Positions 22,331 through 36,078 of a stretch of 64,000 bases of DNA are shown here, in pieces. The notes beneath the pieces were generated by a model. The model was not told the origin of the DNA. It saw only the letters and a list, made by a program, of their open reading frames with translations, and ran no database searches. Every line of letters begins with the position of its first letter. Positions within the stretch are counted from its first letter, which is position 1. Position numbers and translations under genes: made by a program. This DNA is from Camelus ferus. Its lineage: Eukaryota. The stretch spans positions 12,588,001 through 12,652,000 of the forward strand of contig NC_045698.1 in assembly GCF_009834535.1 (NCBI RefSeq). Reading direction: 5' to 3'.

Positions 22331-23274
22331 GTGTAAGAGGTCTCCAGCAGCAGCCTGGAGAATAACCCCACGTGATGGTGAAGAGTCAGTCAGCCAAGGA
22401 GAAAGGGTGTAATAAAACCCCCATATATCTGCAGGCAAAGTTGATATCTGATTTTTCACTCATGTTCTCCTCTGAGTTTGCTGCTTGAGAAACATCATTT
22501 TTTCCCCCTAGTATCAGGTTTACTGTCACTGCTCAATGAAACGGTATCTGGAGACTGGAGATGAGAAACTCGATGGTGCAATTCCAAGCTGTGGAATCTT
22601 CCACATATTATCTGATTGGTCTTCTCACTTCTCACTTTATGGCTGTGCCCTTGAGCAACTCACTTCCTTCTACAGAGTCCCTGGAGAATGCTAAGCACTT
22701 ACCTAACATACCTTTTTCTATGATATGCAAAGTGATGGTTACCAAATCATGGGCTTAATCTTTGCCTGAGGAGACTCAGGGCTGGGGATGGTGGAGATCT
22801 GTGAATGCCAAAAATATGACTTTAATTTCTCGCTTTGAAGGGCTTAGGTCGTCTGCAAACCTGTCGGGTCTTATACATTGGCTTAACTTTCATTTGGAAG
22901 AGGAAGTTATGCTTAGGGCTGAGGTGTTTAAAGTGACTTTTAAAAACTTGACTTTAAATGACATCTGACATCTGCATCCTGTCTTGACGTGATCTTGGGC
23001 TTCGAGTCTTGAGAGTCTCAGGAGAGGTGAACTGATGATGGAAGTGCTTTTGGCTACACCTTTCTCCCCTCTTCCGTGGGTGGGATCAGACCTCTTTCAT
23101 AGAACTTGCCAGGTAAATTCTCCAAATTCTGGGATGAGTAAAATCCTGCCTGGATGCCACTCTTTCAAATCATCTCCTGTGGGGCTGTTGGCAAGACCAC
23201 AAAGTAGATGATGAACTGAGGAGATGCTTGTCTTTGGTGTTAGGATTTCCTCAATCTTTAAAACTCTTGAGAGT

Positions 23275-23275
<1 letters not shown>

Positions 23276-23309
<34 letters not shown>
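23276..23309. repeat. Poly(A) run, 34 nt
   Basis: Directly visible. Confidence 0.95.
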
Positions 23310-23312
<3 letters not shown>

Positions 23313-24304
23313 GGGGGAAAGAAAAAGGAGTTCTGATTTAAGAATTACTAATTAGCATGGAGTTAATTTAATAATATTGTAACACTATTTGGCATAATTG
23401 AAGAATGAGGGGCTTCCTATTAAGTGAATTTATTAAGGGATCTTACCCCATTAAACATTAAAACATACAATTAATTATGTTTACAACAACAGAACATACT
23501 TCCCTACCTTATTAGGCATTTTATAAAAGCCTTGGTGGAATGCTATTCTGATAACTTAGGCTCATCGTAAGAAACGCCAGAAATTGCTCTGTGATTTAAT
23601 GCATTTATGTATCCAGAGCCTCTGCCCAGCTGTGTAGGTCTAGCTGATCCTTCATGAAATGGCTCCAGGCTGCTGCCTTTTTTCCCTTTCCTAAGTCTGG
23701 GGTCTGTTTTTTTAAGAAGAGTTTTTATGTCTCATTCATGCTGTTAGGTTGTGACCTCTTGCTTCCTTCTGCAAATGCTGGATTGCTTTTAGCAGTCCAC
23801 TCCCCATTCCTTCTTCTGAGTCTGTAGCTTCAGATCTTATGATGGGACAGTTAGATCATGGAGTTTGTTAAATCCTACATAAGAGTGATTAGGCATAGAG
23901 ATACCCGCCTAGGGCTAAAACAGGGGAAATTTAGTCAATGGAATGTGTGATATCTGACTTAGCTAGTTTTTTAAGTTCTAGGCTTCTTTTCTGTTATAGA
24001 CAATTGAAGATATTTGACAGGTATACTCTATAAAAGTGACGTGTTCTTTCATTACATCTGAATAGATGACTGGTCAAAGTACAGAATAGAATTCTCGAAT
24101 GAATCCCTACTTTCAGTTTTTTCTTCAGGCTTTGAGGATGATCATGAGGAGAGAGAGAGAGAGGGAAAAGGAAAGTGAGAGTGGGAGAAGAGAATGAACA
24201 TCACAGGGGTTCCTCAGAGGCCAGGGCCCAGTTTTTAATCTTTCAGAAATCCAATTTTTTAGTTCACCCAGAGGTTATCAGACTGTAAAATAAATCACAC
24301 TAAC

Positions 24305-24831
24305 TGTATTAGTTTCTTAGTGCTGCTATAACAAATTACCACAAACTTGGTGGCTTAAAAACACACGAACTTGTTATCTTATACTATGGAGGTCAGAAAT
24401 CCAAAATCAGTCTCACTGGGCTCAGGTCAAGGTGTCCGCAGGGTGGGCTCCTTCTGAAGGCCCTAAGGGAGGATTTGTTTCCTTGCTTTTCCCAGCTTCC
24501 AGAGACTGCCCGCGCTCCTTGACCCACAGCCCTTCCTCTCTCTACAAAGCCAGCCTTGGAGCATCTTCAGTCCTCTCTGGCTGTCGGACCTCTGCTTCCA
24601 TCATCACATCAACTTCTCTGATGTTGGCCCTCCTGGCTCCCTCCTGTAAGGACCCCTGTGATTGCGTTGAACCCATCCATATAATCCCGGATAATTTCCC
24701 CATCTCAGGATCCTTCCCTTAACCACATCTGCAGACTCTTCTTGCCACGTAAGGGAATGTATTCACAGGTTCTGGGATTAGAACACAGGCATCTTTGGTG
24801 AATGGGGGGCAACATTATTGAGCCGACCACA
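24305..24831 (-). mobile_element. MaLR solo LTR (MLT1D-like)
   Basis: 'tgtattagtttc...ctgctataacaaattaccacaaacttggtggcttaaaa...ggataatttccccatctcaggatcctt...gccgaccaca'. Perfect TSD CTAAC (24300-04 / 24832-36). Confidence 0.92.
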
Positions 24832-25852
24832 CTAACCAAACTCTCAATATGCTGATTTAAAAGCCAGAATGGCAATTTACAATTCACAATCTTAAGATAT
24901 CTGGTAGGCTAATTGGAGTTACCTTTTTACTTAGGACACTCGCTTCTGCCAGGACAATGGTCCTGTGAGGGGATCAGAGACTAGGAGCTTGCTTGGTGAG
25001 CTTAGAATTACACCAATGGATATTGCCAAGAAACCATAGTGGCTCGACAAATTGTCCTTTGTGTTCTACGAGTATTTTGACCCATCTAGGCAGGACTGGC
25101 TATTAAAAGTGGTTTTTGAAATAGTCCTTTAGTTTGACACTCTGACACTCAGACTGCTTGATTCTTCTCTCATTGGATCTGATGGAATCCATAACTTGAT
25201 GTTTTAATAATATTTCCTCTTGTACAAAAAATGTGATGCACCGATGTTAAAATTACCTTTAATCTACACCCTCCTGGGACAGTTGAAATACCTTCATCAG
25301 AATCCACGTTCTAGGATGAATAGTTAGCATTTGAAGTGTCATAGCAAGGAAACAATTCTTCCTTTTCTTACTATTTCAAACCTTTGGAAATCTATGTTGA
25401 AAGGCTTATCAATTAGCAACTGGGCTGTAAGAAATAACTTTTCACTGGTGCAGTGACTGGCTTTCACGATAAGTCAAAAACTGGCTGTGTCCCAGGACCC
25501 CGGAAGCCCAGCGGGCTGCCATGGTCCGTGTAGAGCCATCTTAGTCATGCATCACTCTGCTTTGTGGAGGACACTGACATCTCACTAGGATCTGGATGGT
25601 CCTGTCTGCAAAATATCCTTTTATTGGCCTGAGAGTGAAACTTCCCTGTAAGGTGTTGTTAGAGGGCCTGAGGGCAGGGACGGGACTTTCCTGAGCTATG
25701 AGAATAGGTCTCGTAACTGACACCTGCTTGCTAGTAAATATCCCTACATTTGTCAGAAATGAGACTAAGACCTGCTTTCTTTGTAGTCTATCACTTGGTG
25801 TTAGATCACTTTGGGGGAAGGGACAGGTAGACTGTGTCCAGAAGGATAGGTT

Positions 25853-26046
25853 AGTCGGTTCTTGGCTTTCCGACTTTAGTTAGCATCAGTATCACCGGAG
25901 AGCTAGTTAAAATAGGCGACTGGGCCCCAGCCTCTGAGTTTCTGAGTCAGTAGGTCTTGGATGAGGGGTTGAGAATTTGCATGGCTCACAGGGCCCCAGG
26001 TGATGCTGCTTCAGCTGGCTGGGGACTACTCTCTGAGAACCACTGG
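25853..26046. mobile_element. MER5A-like hAT-Charlie transposon
   Basis: 'gcatcagtatcaccggagagctagttaaaa...ctgggccccagcctctgagtttctgagtcagtaggtct...gagaatttgcat...caggtgatgctg...tgagaaccactg'. Confidence 0.85.
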
Positions 26047-26054
26047 GCTAGGTT

Positions 26055-26367
26055 TTGCTGTGGCTTAAAACCACATAGGTATATTTCTTGCTTACACTCC
26101 ATGCCCGCTGTGGGTTGGCTGGAGGCTCTGCTCTGCATCACGGCTGAGCTCATTCTGTGATCTGAGCTGATGGAGCATTGCTGCTTGTGGGACGTATGTG
26201 GAGTCCTGGTGGGTATCACGCTGGTGATTAAGACTCCTCACAATTCATTGGCTAGGGCTGGTCACATGACTCACCCCACTGCATGAGTGCCCGGAAGCAC
26301 AACTCTACTCTGAGCCCCAGAGGAGCGTATCTGAATGTTTGTAAGTTAACACTGAAGATTACTGCAA
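26055..26367 (-). mobile_element. MaLR LTR (MLT1I/J/K-like), partial
   Basis: 'gtggcttaaaaccaca..ggtatatttcttgcttac', 'tcacaattcattggctagggctggtcacatgac'. Confidence 0.65.
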
Positions 26368-28039
26368 GTACTACTCAACTTTGACCAAAAGAAACTCGTA
26401 ACAGCTAGGCAGTCCCACTAATTTTAAGTCAGTTCACAATACTTGGGCACAATATAGCTGATGCCACCAGGGTTCAGCTGACCTTGGTTATTATTTTAGT
26501 CTTCTCAAGTAGAATCTGAAGTTATGCTAACCTCATTGGATTAGCCATACTTACAAGGCAGCTCTAACTTGGTTCCTCTTAGGTATTGGGTTGATCCAAA
26601 TCTCTCCCTCCACTCGTTTTTCTTTTTAATTTTTAGATTTTATTGCAGATGTGGTCTTTTCTGACTTTATCCTCAAATTTTGGAGATACACTTGACTTTG
26701 AAGGCCTCCTGCCCTAATGAGCTGACTATAGTCATATGAGGACAAAGTCTGAGAATTCCGGTCATCAGCAGTGCTTTCTTTGTGGCCCTCACCCCCTCTC
26801 CCTCCTTTTCTTCTCTCTTTCACCCTTTCCTCCTCCCTCCCTCCCTTCCTCATGCAGCTTTGCAGTTGTTTAACGATTTATGAAACTGCAACAACATCAT
26901 GTATAATTTAAGCATAAACTTCAATTTTGGCTCCAAAATTATTTCTCAAGCCCCCTCTCCAAGTGTCACTTCAACAAATATTGCTGTGAAACACTGTCCT
27001 CTTATTGACTGTTAATTTCTTTCGAGCCAGTCAGAGGGAATGGCTACTTCCTCACGAAAGGGAAAATGGCAGGGTGGGGACCGCTTGTTCTGCATTCTTC
27101 GGTTCAGTCACTTCAGGTCATCTGGGAAATAAGACTGTCAGCACAACTTCTCTGGGTACGGAGGACATGGCTAGGGCCTACGATTCAAAGGACTGCCCAA
27201 GGCTAAGGCCACTGTGTAAGCTTTAATTAACTGGGACAGTCAGGAGCAGGTGCTGTAGAAGGGAGCGCTACCATGATTAATATTAATTTTTTATGTGGAT
27301 GTAGGGAAACTCTGGGATGCATTGTTTCATAATTAATTTCCTTATGAGTTATGAATGTCCTAGACATTCCCTAAAGGAGGGTTAAAGAGGTCAATTTATT
27401 TAAAGCAGTTTGGTTTTTAGAGGCTCTTCTTACTGCCATATACATATACGGCTACAATTGAGTTTCACCTTCTTGTGTGGCTTTCTAGAACCTAGAATAG
27501 CTCTGCCTTTGAGATGGAAATGGTTAATGATCACTGTTGTGCTCCTTAGAATAGTTTAAGGTCCTTGGGTGCATTTTTAGGCTGTAGGCTGAAGCAAGAT
27601 GAACAAAATGGGTGAGTACTTTGGAGTTTCTGATATTTAAATCAGTGATTGCAGGAAATGTACAAGTATTTGTCAACCAAATAAATGTTTACTTTTTTTA
27701 AGTTGAAGTTACCCTGGAAGTTGGTTTTAGTAAGTCAAAGTATTTTGCTTTATGCAAAATATTATATATATTCTAATATTTTGTTCTCTTAAAAGTTGAA
27801 TTTATTTCCTTACCTATTGTTAACATTGGTATTTTTATGGTTCCTCATCACACATCTTTAAATGGGAACAACTGGGGCAAAGCTATTTGCGTTTGCTCCA
27901 TGGCTTAGATGAGAGGCTGATAAGACCATGTTCAGTTGAACCAGATTTTCAGGTAGGACAGAATTCATCAGAAGCCCTGGGCAAGCTGAACTCAACCCTG
28001 GGGTGAGTGGGATGGGGCAGTGGTGCAGAGAAGTAAATT

Positions 28040-28190
28040 TTCCTTAGAGAACTTGCTTCCTTTCATAAAATGAGGTTAATGAGAGAATCTGTCTCATAAG
28101 ATACTGAGAAGAATAAATGATATAAAATGCAAAAAGGAGCATGAAGAATAAGTACCTGGCAGATAGCAAACCCTTAGTAAATGTTAGCTT
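28040..28190 (+). mobile_element. MIR fragment
   Basis: 'cttcctttcataaaatgaggttaat...tctcataagatactgagaagaataaatgatata...gtacctggcagatag...gtaaatgttagct'. Confidence 0.6.
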
Positions 28191-29409
28191 TTACTTTTAT
28201 GTCTCTCTTTCTTGTTCTTTCTTCCATAAATGAATAATCAAGCCACAGATACACCTTGTTGTCTTCCCAGTTGTAAGACGCTCTTGGGCTTGCCAAGACA
28301 TTTGAGACAAAGTCTTCTCTAAAAGGATTCAAAGTGATTGGCAAGATGAATCCCAAATAAGTGATGATTTAGAAAATATAAGAGAAAGAAATTCTCATGA
28401 GTTTCCAAATGAGCACAGCAGAGCACATGCATCAGAGAAATTCAGGTGTGGGGAGTGACTCTTGAGTGGCCCGGAAGGCTTTGCAGCAGAGCTGTCCTGT
28501 GGCTGGGTACAAAATGTGTTGGTGGAGGTGAAGTTGGGGAGGATATGGAGTGAGTATTGGAGTATCAGGTAGAGCAAAAAGACCAAAAGCACCAAGGCCA
28601 GAAAGTGCAAGATGTGTTTGAGGAATAGGAAATAACTTAGTTTTTTGGCAGGTGAATATTTAGTGAGAAGAAATGTGTCAAGAGTAATTTTAGGGAGGAA
28701 ACCTATTGGCACCTGTTAGAACCATCTTGAACGTGAGATTGCAAAAACATGTTGGCTAACATTTATTTGGGGGCACATATTTAATTCTTCACTATGGTCA
28801 TAATATAGTTATTAATATGATCTACTCATAAATATTTTCAAGGCAGCATAAAGCCATGGGCAAGTTAAACTTTCCACCGAGAACCCCTTCGCTCCTCTCA
28901 TAGTTTTAAACGGCACTCTAAGCTAATCGGATATCATACAGTATTTATCTGTTTTGATAGATTGCTGATTCTTGGCACTGTCCATTTCAGGCCCATGGGA
29001 CATACTTATTGACTTGGCAATAGAACATACTCAGTCTTGGATCAATATATCAGTCCTTACATCGTATTAAGTTTAATTATCTATTGAAACTTATCTACTG
29101 TTGTCACAGTTTATCATTTTTGGGAGGGTGCTGATGCTAAAATGGTATTGAACAACTTGAGCTAATTTATATATTGTCACATCTTTTGTTGAGCCCCTCA
29201 GATTAATTAAAATAATTTTTGCCTTTAATATGGAGTTACTTTATGTGGACTGACTGGCATAACAAAGCGCCTAAAGTAGCATATATAGCCCATGTCAAAG
29301 TTGAAGTTCTGCAAGATTAAAATATTTCCTTCGTAAAATATCCAACTAAACTCAGGCATATTCTTTTATGACAAATGCTTCTTTTTTTTAAGTGAACATA
29401 ATCTAAAGA

Positions 29410-29583
29410 TGTTCAAGATGGAAGCTGCCTTTTATAATCGAGTATCAGAAGTAACCGCCCATCACTCTGCTCTGTACTCTTTGTCACATGGACTGACCCT
29501 GGTACCACATAGGAGGGAATTGTACAAGATACCAATGTCAGAGGCAGAGGTCATCGGGGGCCTCCATGGAGGTGGCCACTGTA
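29410..29583 (-). mobile_element. MLT1 LTR fragment (MLT1F/H-like)
   Basis: 'ggaagctgccttttataatcgagtatcagaagtaaccgcccatcactctgc...aggcagaggtcatcggggg'. Confidence 0.6.
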
Positions 29584-29824
29584 GGAGCCTTGACCCCAGT
29601 TTTGTTGTTCAACACTCTCCCAGCTGTAGGCCTGTCTAAATGCTTTCTACATCTTTCTGTCTTTCTCCAACATGAGAGACAGCACATTTTCTGGAAAGCA
29701 TCGGTATGCTGACTTCCATGTACCAAATGCCATAATGGGTACCATGGAAGATTTTGAAGCAATAGGAGGTGAGCTTTTTCCCCCAAGACCCTCATAGTAT
29801 AGTTGAAAAAACAGAACACACATT

Positions 29825-30320
29825 AGGTCTTCAGAACGCTTTTCATGGCGAATTATAGAAAATTAGCTGAACCATAGCTTAGGCAAAAGGGGGCATTTTC
29901 CAAAAGGCCTGCATAGCTAAAGGAAGGGCAAGGGTGTGGACACAGTGAAATGTAAGGTACAACCCCCACCAGGAACCTTCCCTCCCTTCCCCATCTCTCT
30001 TACACTCTCTGTATCAGTCTCATTGACGCAGACTGGCTTCTTTCTCATGGCGATCACCTAAGCTCCTGGCAGCTCTTGGTCTACATATTGCAGCTTTCCT
30101 ATGTAGAGAGTCATGACGGTGGGCAGTCCAAATGTTAAAATTTGAGGGAAGGGCTCTGATTGGATCAGCCTGATTCCTGGACCAATCAACATCCATCCTT
30201 TCCTTTGTCCAGCTCTCATCAGGTGTTGACATCATGGCAGGCATTGGGGTGGGTGTGGGAATTACAAAAGCAGAAGTCAAAAGCAGATTCCCTGCTAAAG
30301 ATATGGTGATGGTTGGCAGG
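29825..30320 (-). mobile_element. Old MLT1 LTR (MLT1J/K-like)
   Basis: 'agcttaggcaaaaggggg', 'gggaagggctctgattggatcagcctg...ctggaccaatca'. Confidence 0.55.
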
Positions 30321-32019
30321 CAGGGGGCAGGAGGGTTGAGAGGCTCATGTGTAGCCCTGAAACAACCCCAAATGGAAGACCCTGCCCGCATGCAGTTCTG
30401 CGTGTAAGGGAAGGACAGTGAGGGGGCAGGTGTGCCCATAGATTGTGTAAGGCTGTGTATCACTTCTAGTATATGCCAAAATTCTGTTCTGTTCTTCTCT
30501 ATTTCTTTGGGTCTACCTGGTCCTGTCTGGGTGGCTTCTTTAAGATGCCAGTTCCTAGCGTAAGAAGCTCTTCCGAGGCTGGGTTCTGAGTAGCACCCAG
30601 CTTGCTGAAAAGTCTAAATAAGTCATAATAGTTTCTGACAGGATCTTTCTTTTGAAAGAAAGTGTGAGAAAGCAAGGGGGATAAAACATGCCTTTGTTTT
30701 CACCGAGGCACAGTCAGAATGAATCATTAAGAAATTGATACTGACTTCAGCAGCATCATCCGAGCTGTTAGTCAAGAGAAGGTGAATAAGATGTGGGTGT
30801 GTCTGTGTTTCCAGATGACAGGTGGAAGTTCCCGAGTCTGTGCTTCTGTTAATGGTTCCATCCAACCGAACGAGGAGGGCAGAACTCTCGTCTGGATGAG
30901 GAGAGCTGTTTTTCCAAAAGCACACGCTTCAAATAACTAGATGGCTACTCAAATGATATGATTTTGGGAAAAAGGTAGAGTTCCAACTAACTCCAAAACA
31001 ACGCCCTCAAGTCCATGTTCAACGTCAAAATGTCTTTGTCAGGGAGACAAGCTATTTTATTCCATAGTTAAAAAAGAGACAGGTACAAATATTTCTGGGA
31101 GAGTGGAGGACACTTTAAATTTATATTAAAATGTTAATAAATCATATCGAATGGTTTTCTGGATTTTTCAGAATTGATGGAGGCACGTGTACGTGTGTCC
31201 ATGTGTGTGGTGTGCAAGTAAGTTAGGTTAGGAACATGGATTTCCAACTCTGCCTAATACCCAGTTTTGCTTGGAGCTGATTATGATGGTGGATTCTCAT
31301 TCTGCTTCACACCACAAACAATTCATGATTTTGAATGGGAATTCTGTCGGCAAAATAATAACAGATTCAGGCATTGGATCCTTGCAGAATATTTATGTCT
31401 TTGATTATTTATTTGAACAATTTGTCTGGATATTAGTATTCTCATGAGCCTAGTTTTCTGAAAACTTAATTCTTTTCAATAAGCACATATAAATTAACAT
31501 TTTCCCTTCAGATGTCTTGTTGAGGAGCAGAGAATAGTTCAGTATTCCCTTCCCAATGTGGTATCTTTCGTGAGAGCCGTATCTCCTTCAAGTGACAACC
31601 TTTGGATGCAATTCAGATCAGATAAGGTTTGTTATTTATTTAAGGTCTTTTAAGAGCACAGCCAATTAGAGGCTGTTGAATTATACTCACATCACTGAGG
31701 TTTCCTAGAAAGGGCTCAGTAATGGGGTTTTAGAGCTCCCGTTACAAAGCATGGCAGACTGCCTGTTTCCAAAGGGGTGTTTATTTTTGGAAATCCGTGG
31801 TTCTCTTGTTAGACTCAGACTCCTTTGATTGTAGGTGTTTCAAAGAAATCTGAACCCTTGTCAGGCTATTTCTATAAAACCACCTACTTTTCTTTTTTTC
31901 TCATAGGTTGCTTACAAGAAGGAATTCAGTAAAAATAGACTTAATAAAACTGTACTCTGCTTGATTCAACTGACTTCATATCAGGAGTTCATCCGATTTC
32001 TATTAATGAAGTGCTCCAT

Positions 32020-33078
32020 AAATTTATTTATTCAGCACATGTTTATTGAGGGTTTACTGTGAGACCAGCACCACAGTCAATGCGAGAGGTAAGTTCTCGA
32101 CTCTTTTGTGACAACAAGCAAATAGACAGTGAACACACATACACCTGTGAACACACCCACACCAATGACCATCGGAGGGCAGGCAAGTGTTCTGCTGAAA
32201 ATCCCCTCAATGTGATGGGCTGGATAGTGACAGGGCCACTACCTTAATTGAGGGGCTAAAATAGTCTCTTTTAGGATTCATTTATGTGAGGTCTGTGTGA
32301 CCCAAAGGAGTGAGGCTTGTGAGGACCTAGGGAAGGGCATTCAAGACATGGAGACTTGCTTCAAAAGCCCCCCAGTGGGAATGGGCGTGGTGTCGGAGGA
32401 AGAGGGGGAAGGTCTGTGTGACAAACCTCGGGCAGAGGGGCTTCAGAGAAGTGGTCAGGGCCTAGATGACGGACGACAATGTCGGTCAGCGGAAGGAATT
32501 TAGATTTTATTTTAAACACAATGAAAGACCACCGGAGAGCTGTCAGCAGAAGGATGGCATTTACTAATCTAGTTTATCTGTGGAAAATGAATGATAGGAA
32601 ACAAGAGAGAAAGTAGAGCGATCAATTAGGAAGGAATTATGGTAGACAGGCGGTGACTCCGGTGCAGAGGACACGTACCCAGCGAGTGTGGGGGACACTC
32701 TCCTAGCACTGTTAAAGAAAATATTATCTATGTATATTTGTATACACACCTACGTATGTGCATATGTGCATATACATATGTGTATATATTAACATTTCTT
32801 ATTCTAAGCTTTCTGTTTCTATATGATAAGAGACATAATATATGGACACCATAGCAGATATACTATTCATAAATAAATCAACATACATAATGGAAGTGTG
32901 TGTTCAAAAATATTTTATGGTTTCGTGTATGATGCAAACATTTTAGAAGTCACTGGTCTAGGGGTCAGATGATGATGACTTGGACTTGGAGGTAGTGGTG
33001 AAAACAGAGGCCAGTAGATGCGTTTGGGATAAGGTTTGAAGGTAAAATTAGCAAGATTTGTTGACAAATCGGGTTGTG
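32020..33078 (-). mobile_element. L2 LINE (3' end at left), interrupted by a DNA transposon
   Basis: 'ttattcagcacatgtttattgag', 'ggaatttagattttattttaaacacaatgaaagacc'. Resumes 'agatgatgatgacttggac...gtttgggataaggtttgaaggtaaaa'. Confidence 0.7.
32651..32955. mobile_element. hAT-Charlie-like non-autonomous transposon inside L2
   Basis: Imperfect TIRs CGGTGACTCC (32651-60) / GAAGTCACTG (32946-55), with an AT-rich interior. Confidence 0.5.
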
Positions 33079-33383
33079 CTCATCGTGGTGTGGGGTCACG
33101 AGAATGCATATGACTCAAGACACAGCCCAGCCCTCAGGGAGCCTTGTAGGGTTTTCCTGACTCAGGAATGAGGATATAAACTTTTCGAGTTTGTTTCTTT
33201 GCCACTTTCACACACATCATGGCTCACAGGTCCTTAAGTGAAAATGAATTTCTCTTCATGTCAGGGCCACGACACGCACAGCTCTGGGGGCCACCGTTAG
33301 CATTATATTCCCTGGAGTCAGGTTCTATGGAGTTGTCCTCCAGGACAAAAAATTCAGAATTTTATATTGAAAAGATGCCGCGA

Positions 33384-33425
33384 GGGTGTGGGTGTGTGTG
33401 TGTGTGTGTGTGTTTGTGTGTGTGT
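33384..33425. repeat. (TG)n microsatellite
   Basis: Directly visible. Confidence 0.9.
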
Positions 33426-34882
33426 CCTCAAGAGTCTTTCCCAGTAGAATGACTCTGGCTTAGGTTTATCCCACCTCTGTCCCCCTCTACCTCCTTTCTT
33501 CAAATGAGGATCTTTACTTGAGACTTTAGGCACAAAGGAATAATATGAGATTAATTAACTCACTTTATGGTTGAGAGCTTAGGTCTTGAGGATGAGAAGT
33601 AGATTTCAGGGGGAGCTTGGAGCCAAGAACTGAGGCTCTCATTTGTTTTTACTGGGTATGGTTATAAAAGCATGTAGCCCTGGGGTTTCCACACATGACT
33701 GTTCTTGTCCTTCGCCAGCCCTGATGTGGCCCATGTGTGCTCACCTCGTCCCCTCCCCACCCCGCAAATAACCCCCCAACACCGAAGCATTAGTGCATTA
33801 TGTGAAACATTGGACATTTTGTCCCCAGAAGATATTTGTCCTTTCCCGAGTCACTCTCATCTCCACATTCAGAGAAACTTTCCCTCAGGCAGCCCTGAAC
33901 CTGGCTTCACTTATTTCAACCTCCTTTATCACACGAAACTGTTTCCTTCTTCAGGGCATATCACGTTATGTGCTCTTCAAATTATGTTCTGCCCCAACCA
34001 GATCCTTCACTGAGATGGACTTCATGAGACCAACTTCTACAAAGCTACAACTTTCTCTGTGCTGTTACAATGAGACTGCAGTAATTGTTGCATGTTAACA
34101 AATATTGTTGCTCTGTTAAAATGAATTCCAAATGACTGGCCAACAAATGAACTTTCAGAATATAATCTGTATGTACACCGGAGACCATCTGTATCTATTA
34201 AATGTGCAAACACAGTCTTCAGTTAGTTGCTAAATGCACAGTGTACTCTACTTATATTCTGGGGTGAAGAATACACATTTTTTTCCCTAAGAAACAGGAA
34301 AATGATCTTTTATAATGTTACAGTGTTTCAGTTTTCTATGGAAAACAAAGCACTAGGCAAGCAATTAAAGTAGGTTTTGTTATTGTGATTATTCCTGTGA
34401 GGAGCGTTACATTATAGTAGATTAAAGCCATGTTTAATAAGGACAGAAAGTCATTATTTTCTAATAAAAAACAAGAGAAAAATGACTCTGCCGTTTTGTT
34501 GCTATTGTTATTCTTGGGAAGAAACTAAGGCTTGTGTTCTATATTTTGGTCTTGAAGGTTTGGAAGGCAGTAGAGACCAGACTCCTGAACTGTAACAACT
34601 GAAAATCAACCTAGGACAATTGAATGTATATGCACAAAAAGACTCAAGACACTTGTTGAATTGGTGGATAGAGTGAAGTGGGGAATTCATCGTTTCACCT
34701 GACAAAGACTGTTTGCAGCTCTGTTGTAAGACCCATAGCAGTATGTCAGTTCTGGAGTTTGAGTAAAAGGATGAAAACAGACATTGAAAATGGAAAATCT
34801 TCAGGTGTGGGGCAGGTGTCACGCCCTATGACTGCCTCATTCATTTTGAGCTCTCTGATGATGTCTGGAGAATTCCCTTGTC

Positions 34883-35386
34883 TTTATCAGTTTTCTATTG
34901 CTGGTATTTAAAAATTGTCACAAACTTAGCGGTTTAGAAAACAAATTTATTATCTTACAGTTTTGGAGATCACAAGTCCAAGATCAGTCTCTCTGGGTTA
35001 AAATTAAGCTGTTGGCATGGCTACGTTCTTTCTGCAGTCTCTAGAATCTGATTCCTTGACTTTTTTAGCTTTTAGAATCTGTCTGTATTCCTTAGCTCCA
35101 GGCCCCATCCTCCATGGTCAAAGCCAGTAGCATGGGATCTCCAGCTCTCTCTGTCCACTGCTTCCATTGTCGCATTTCCTAAACTCTTATTCTGACTATC
35201 TTGCCTTTCTCCCATGAAGAAACTTGGGATTTGATAAGGCCTACCTGGACAATCCAGGATGATTTTTACCATCTCAAGATCCTTAATCACATCTGCAGAT
35301 TCCCTTTGGCCTAGTAAGTTAATACATTCACAGGTTCTGGGATCAGAATATGGACGTCTCTGAGGTCCACCATTCAGTGTGCCATA
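34883..35386 (-). mobile_element. MaLR solo LTR (MLT1C/D-like)
   Basis: 'cacaaacttagcggtttagaaaacaaatttattatcttacagttttggag...caatccaggatga...catctcaagatccttaatcacatctgca...cattcacaggttctgggatcag'. Confidence 0.88.
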
Positions 35387-35389
35387 TAA

Positions 35390-36078
35390 CCCTTCAGTCC
35401 AGAAACTGGATTTTTATCCAGAAGCTCACTCTCCCAGCTTTCTTTGTTAGGGCCAGGACCAAGGTAGGGAGAGTGGGGCATTCACCTCAGAAGATAGATT
35501 TAAGGGAGAACCAAATAACTCAGTAATCAAGGTAAATAATATTTTAATGTAATAGTCTAAAAAATGAAAAAGCAAAATTCAATGATGAACAAAATTTTAA
35601 ATAAAGATAGGATTGGCATTACAGGTTTTTTCTTTTTCTTTTGGATCCAAAATGGCTCAAAATGGAAGTATCCTTTGCAATTAAGCAAAAGTGCGTGGCC
35701 TAGAAGATATAAATGAGATGTACTTGTGCAGGACTTGGATTTAGAACAAACATCCAAAGAAAGCAAAGGCCTTGCATGTAGTTTGCATCCTGGCTCGGCT
35801 GGGAAGTTGGAAACTGGGAGAGCAGAGGTGGAAAGCAGGGCTGATCTCTGAGGCATGGGTTGCTGTGCTGGGGCCCTTGCTTTGGGACAACGTCAGTGGA
35901 CTATTGGCCATAGGATGGTGTACCTTAGGTTTTGTGCCTGGTCACCTAGCCAGCCTATAAACCTGTTCCTTGACTTATCTGAAGATTCTAAGACCTATCT
36001 ATTATCCTTGACTAAATTCCTTTTCTTCTTAAATAGCCAATTTGCTATTGTTAGTAACTAACATCCTTGAATAATGTA
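35390..36078 (+). mobile_element. ERVL LTR (LTR33/LTR16-like), interrupted by a MER53-like element
   Basis: 3' end 'taaattcctttcttcttaaatagccaatttgctattgttagtaactaacatccttgaataa'; 5' part 'tcactctcccagctttcttg'. Confidence 0.45.
35448..35670. mobile_element. MER53-like hAT DNA transposon
   Basis: 'agggccaggaccaaggt...atttaaggga...aactcagtaatcaaggtaaataatattttaatg...atgatgaacaaaattttaaataaagatagga'. Confidence 0.75.

Noticed and set aside
33260..33320. Possible MER91-like fragment or CTCF site
   Set aside because: Too short and diverged to support by eye.
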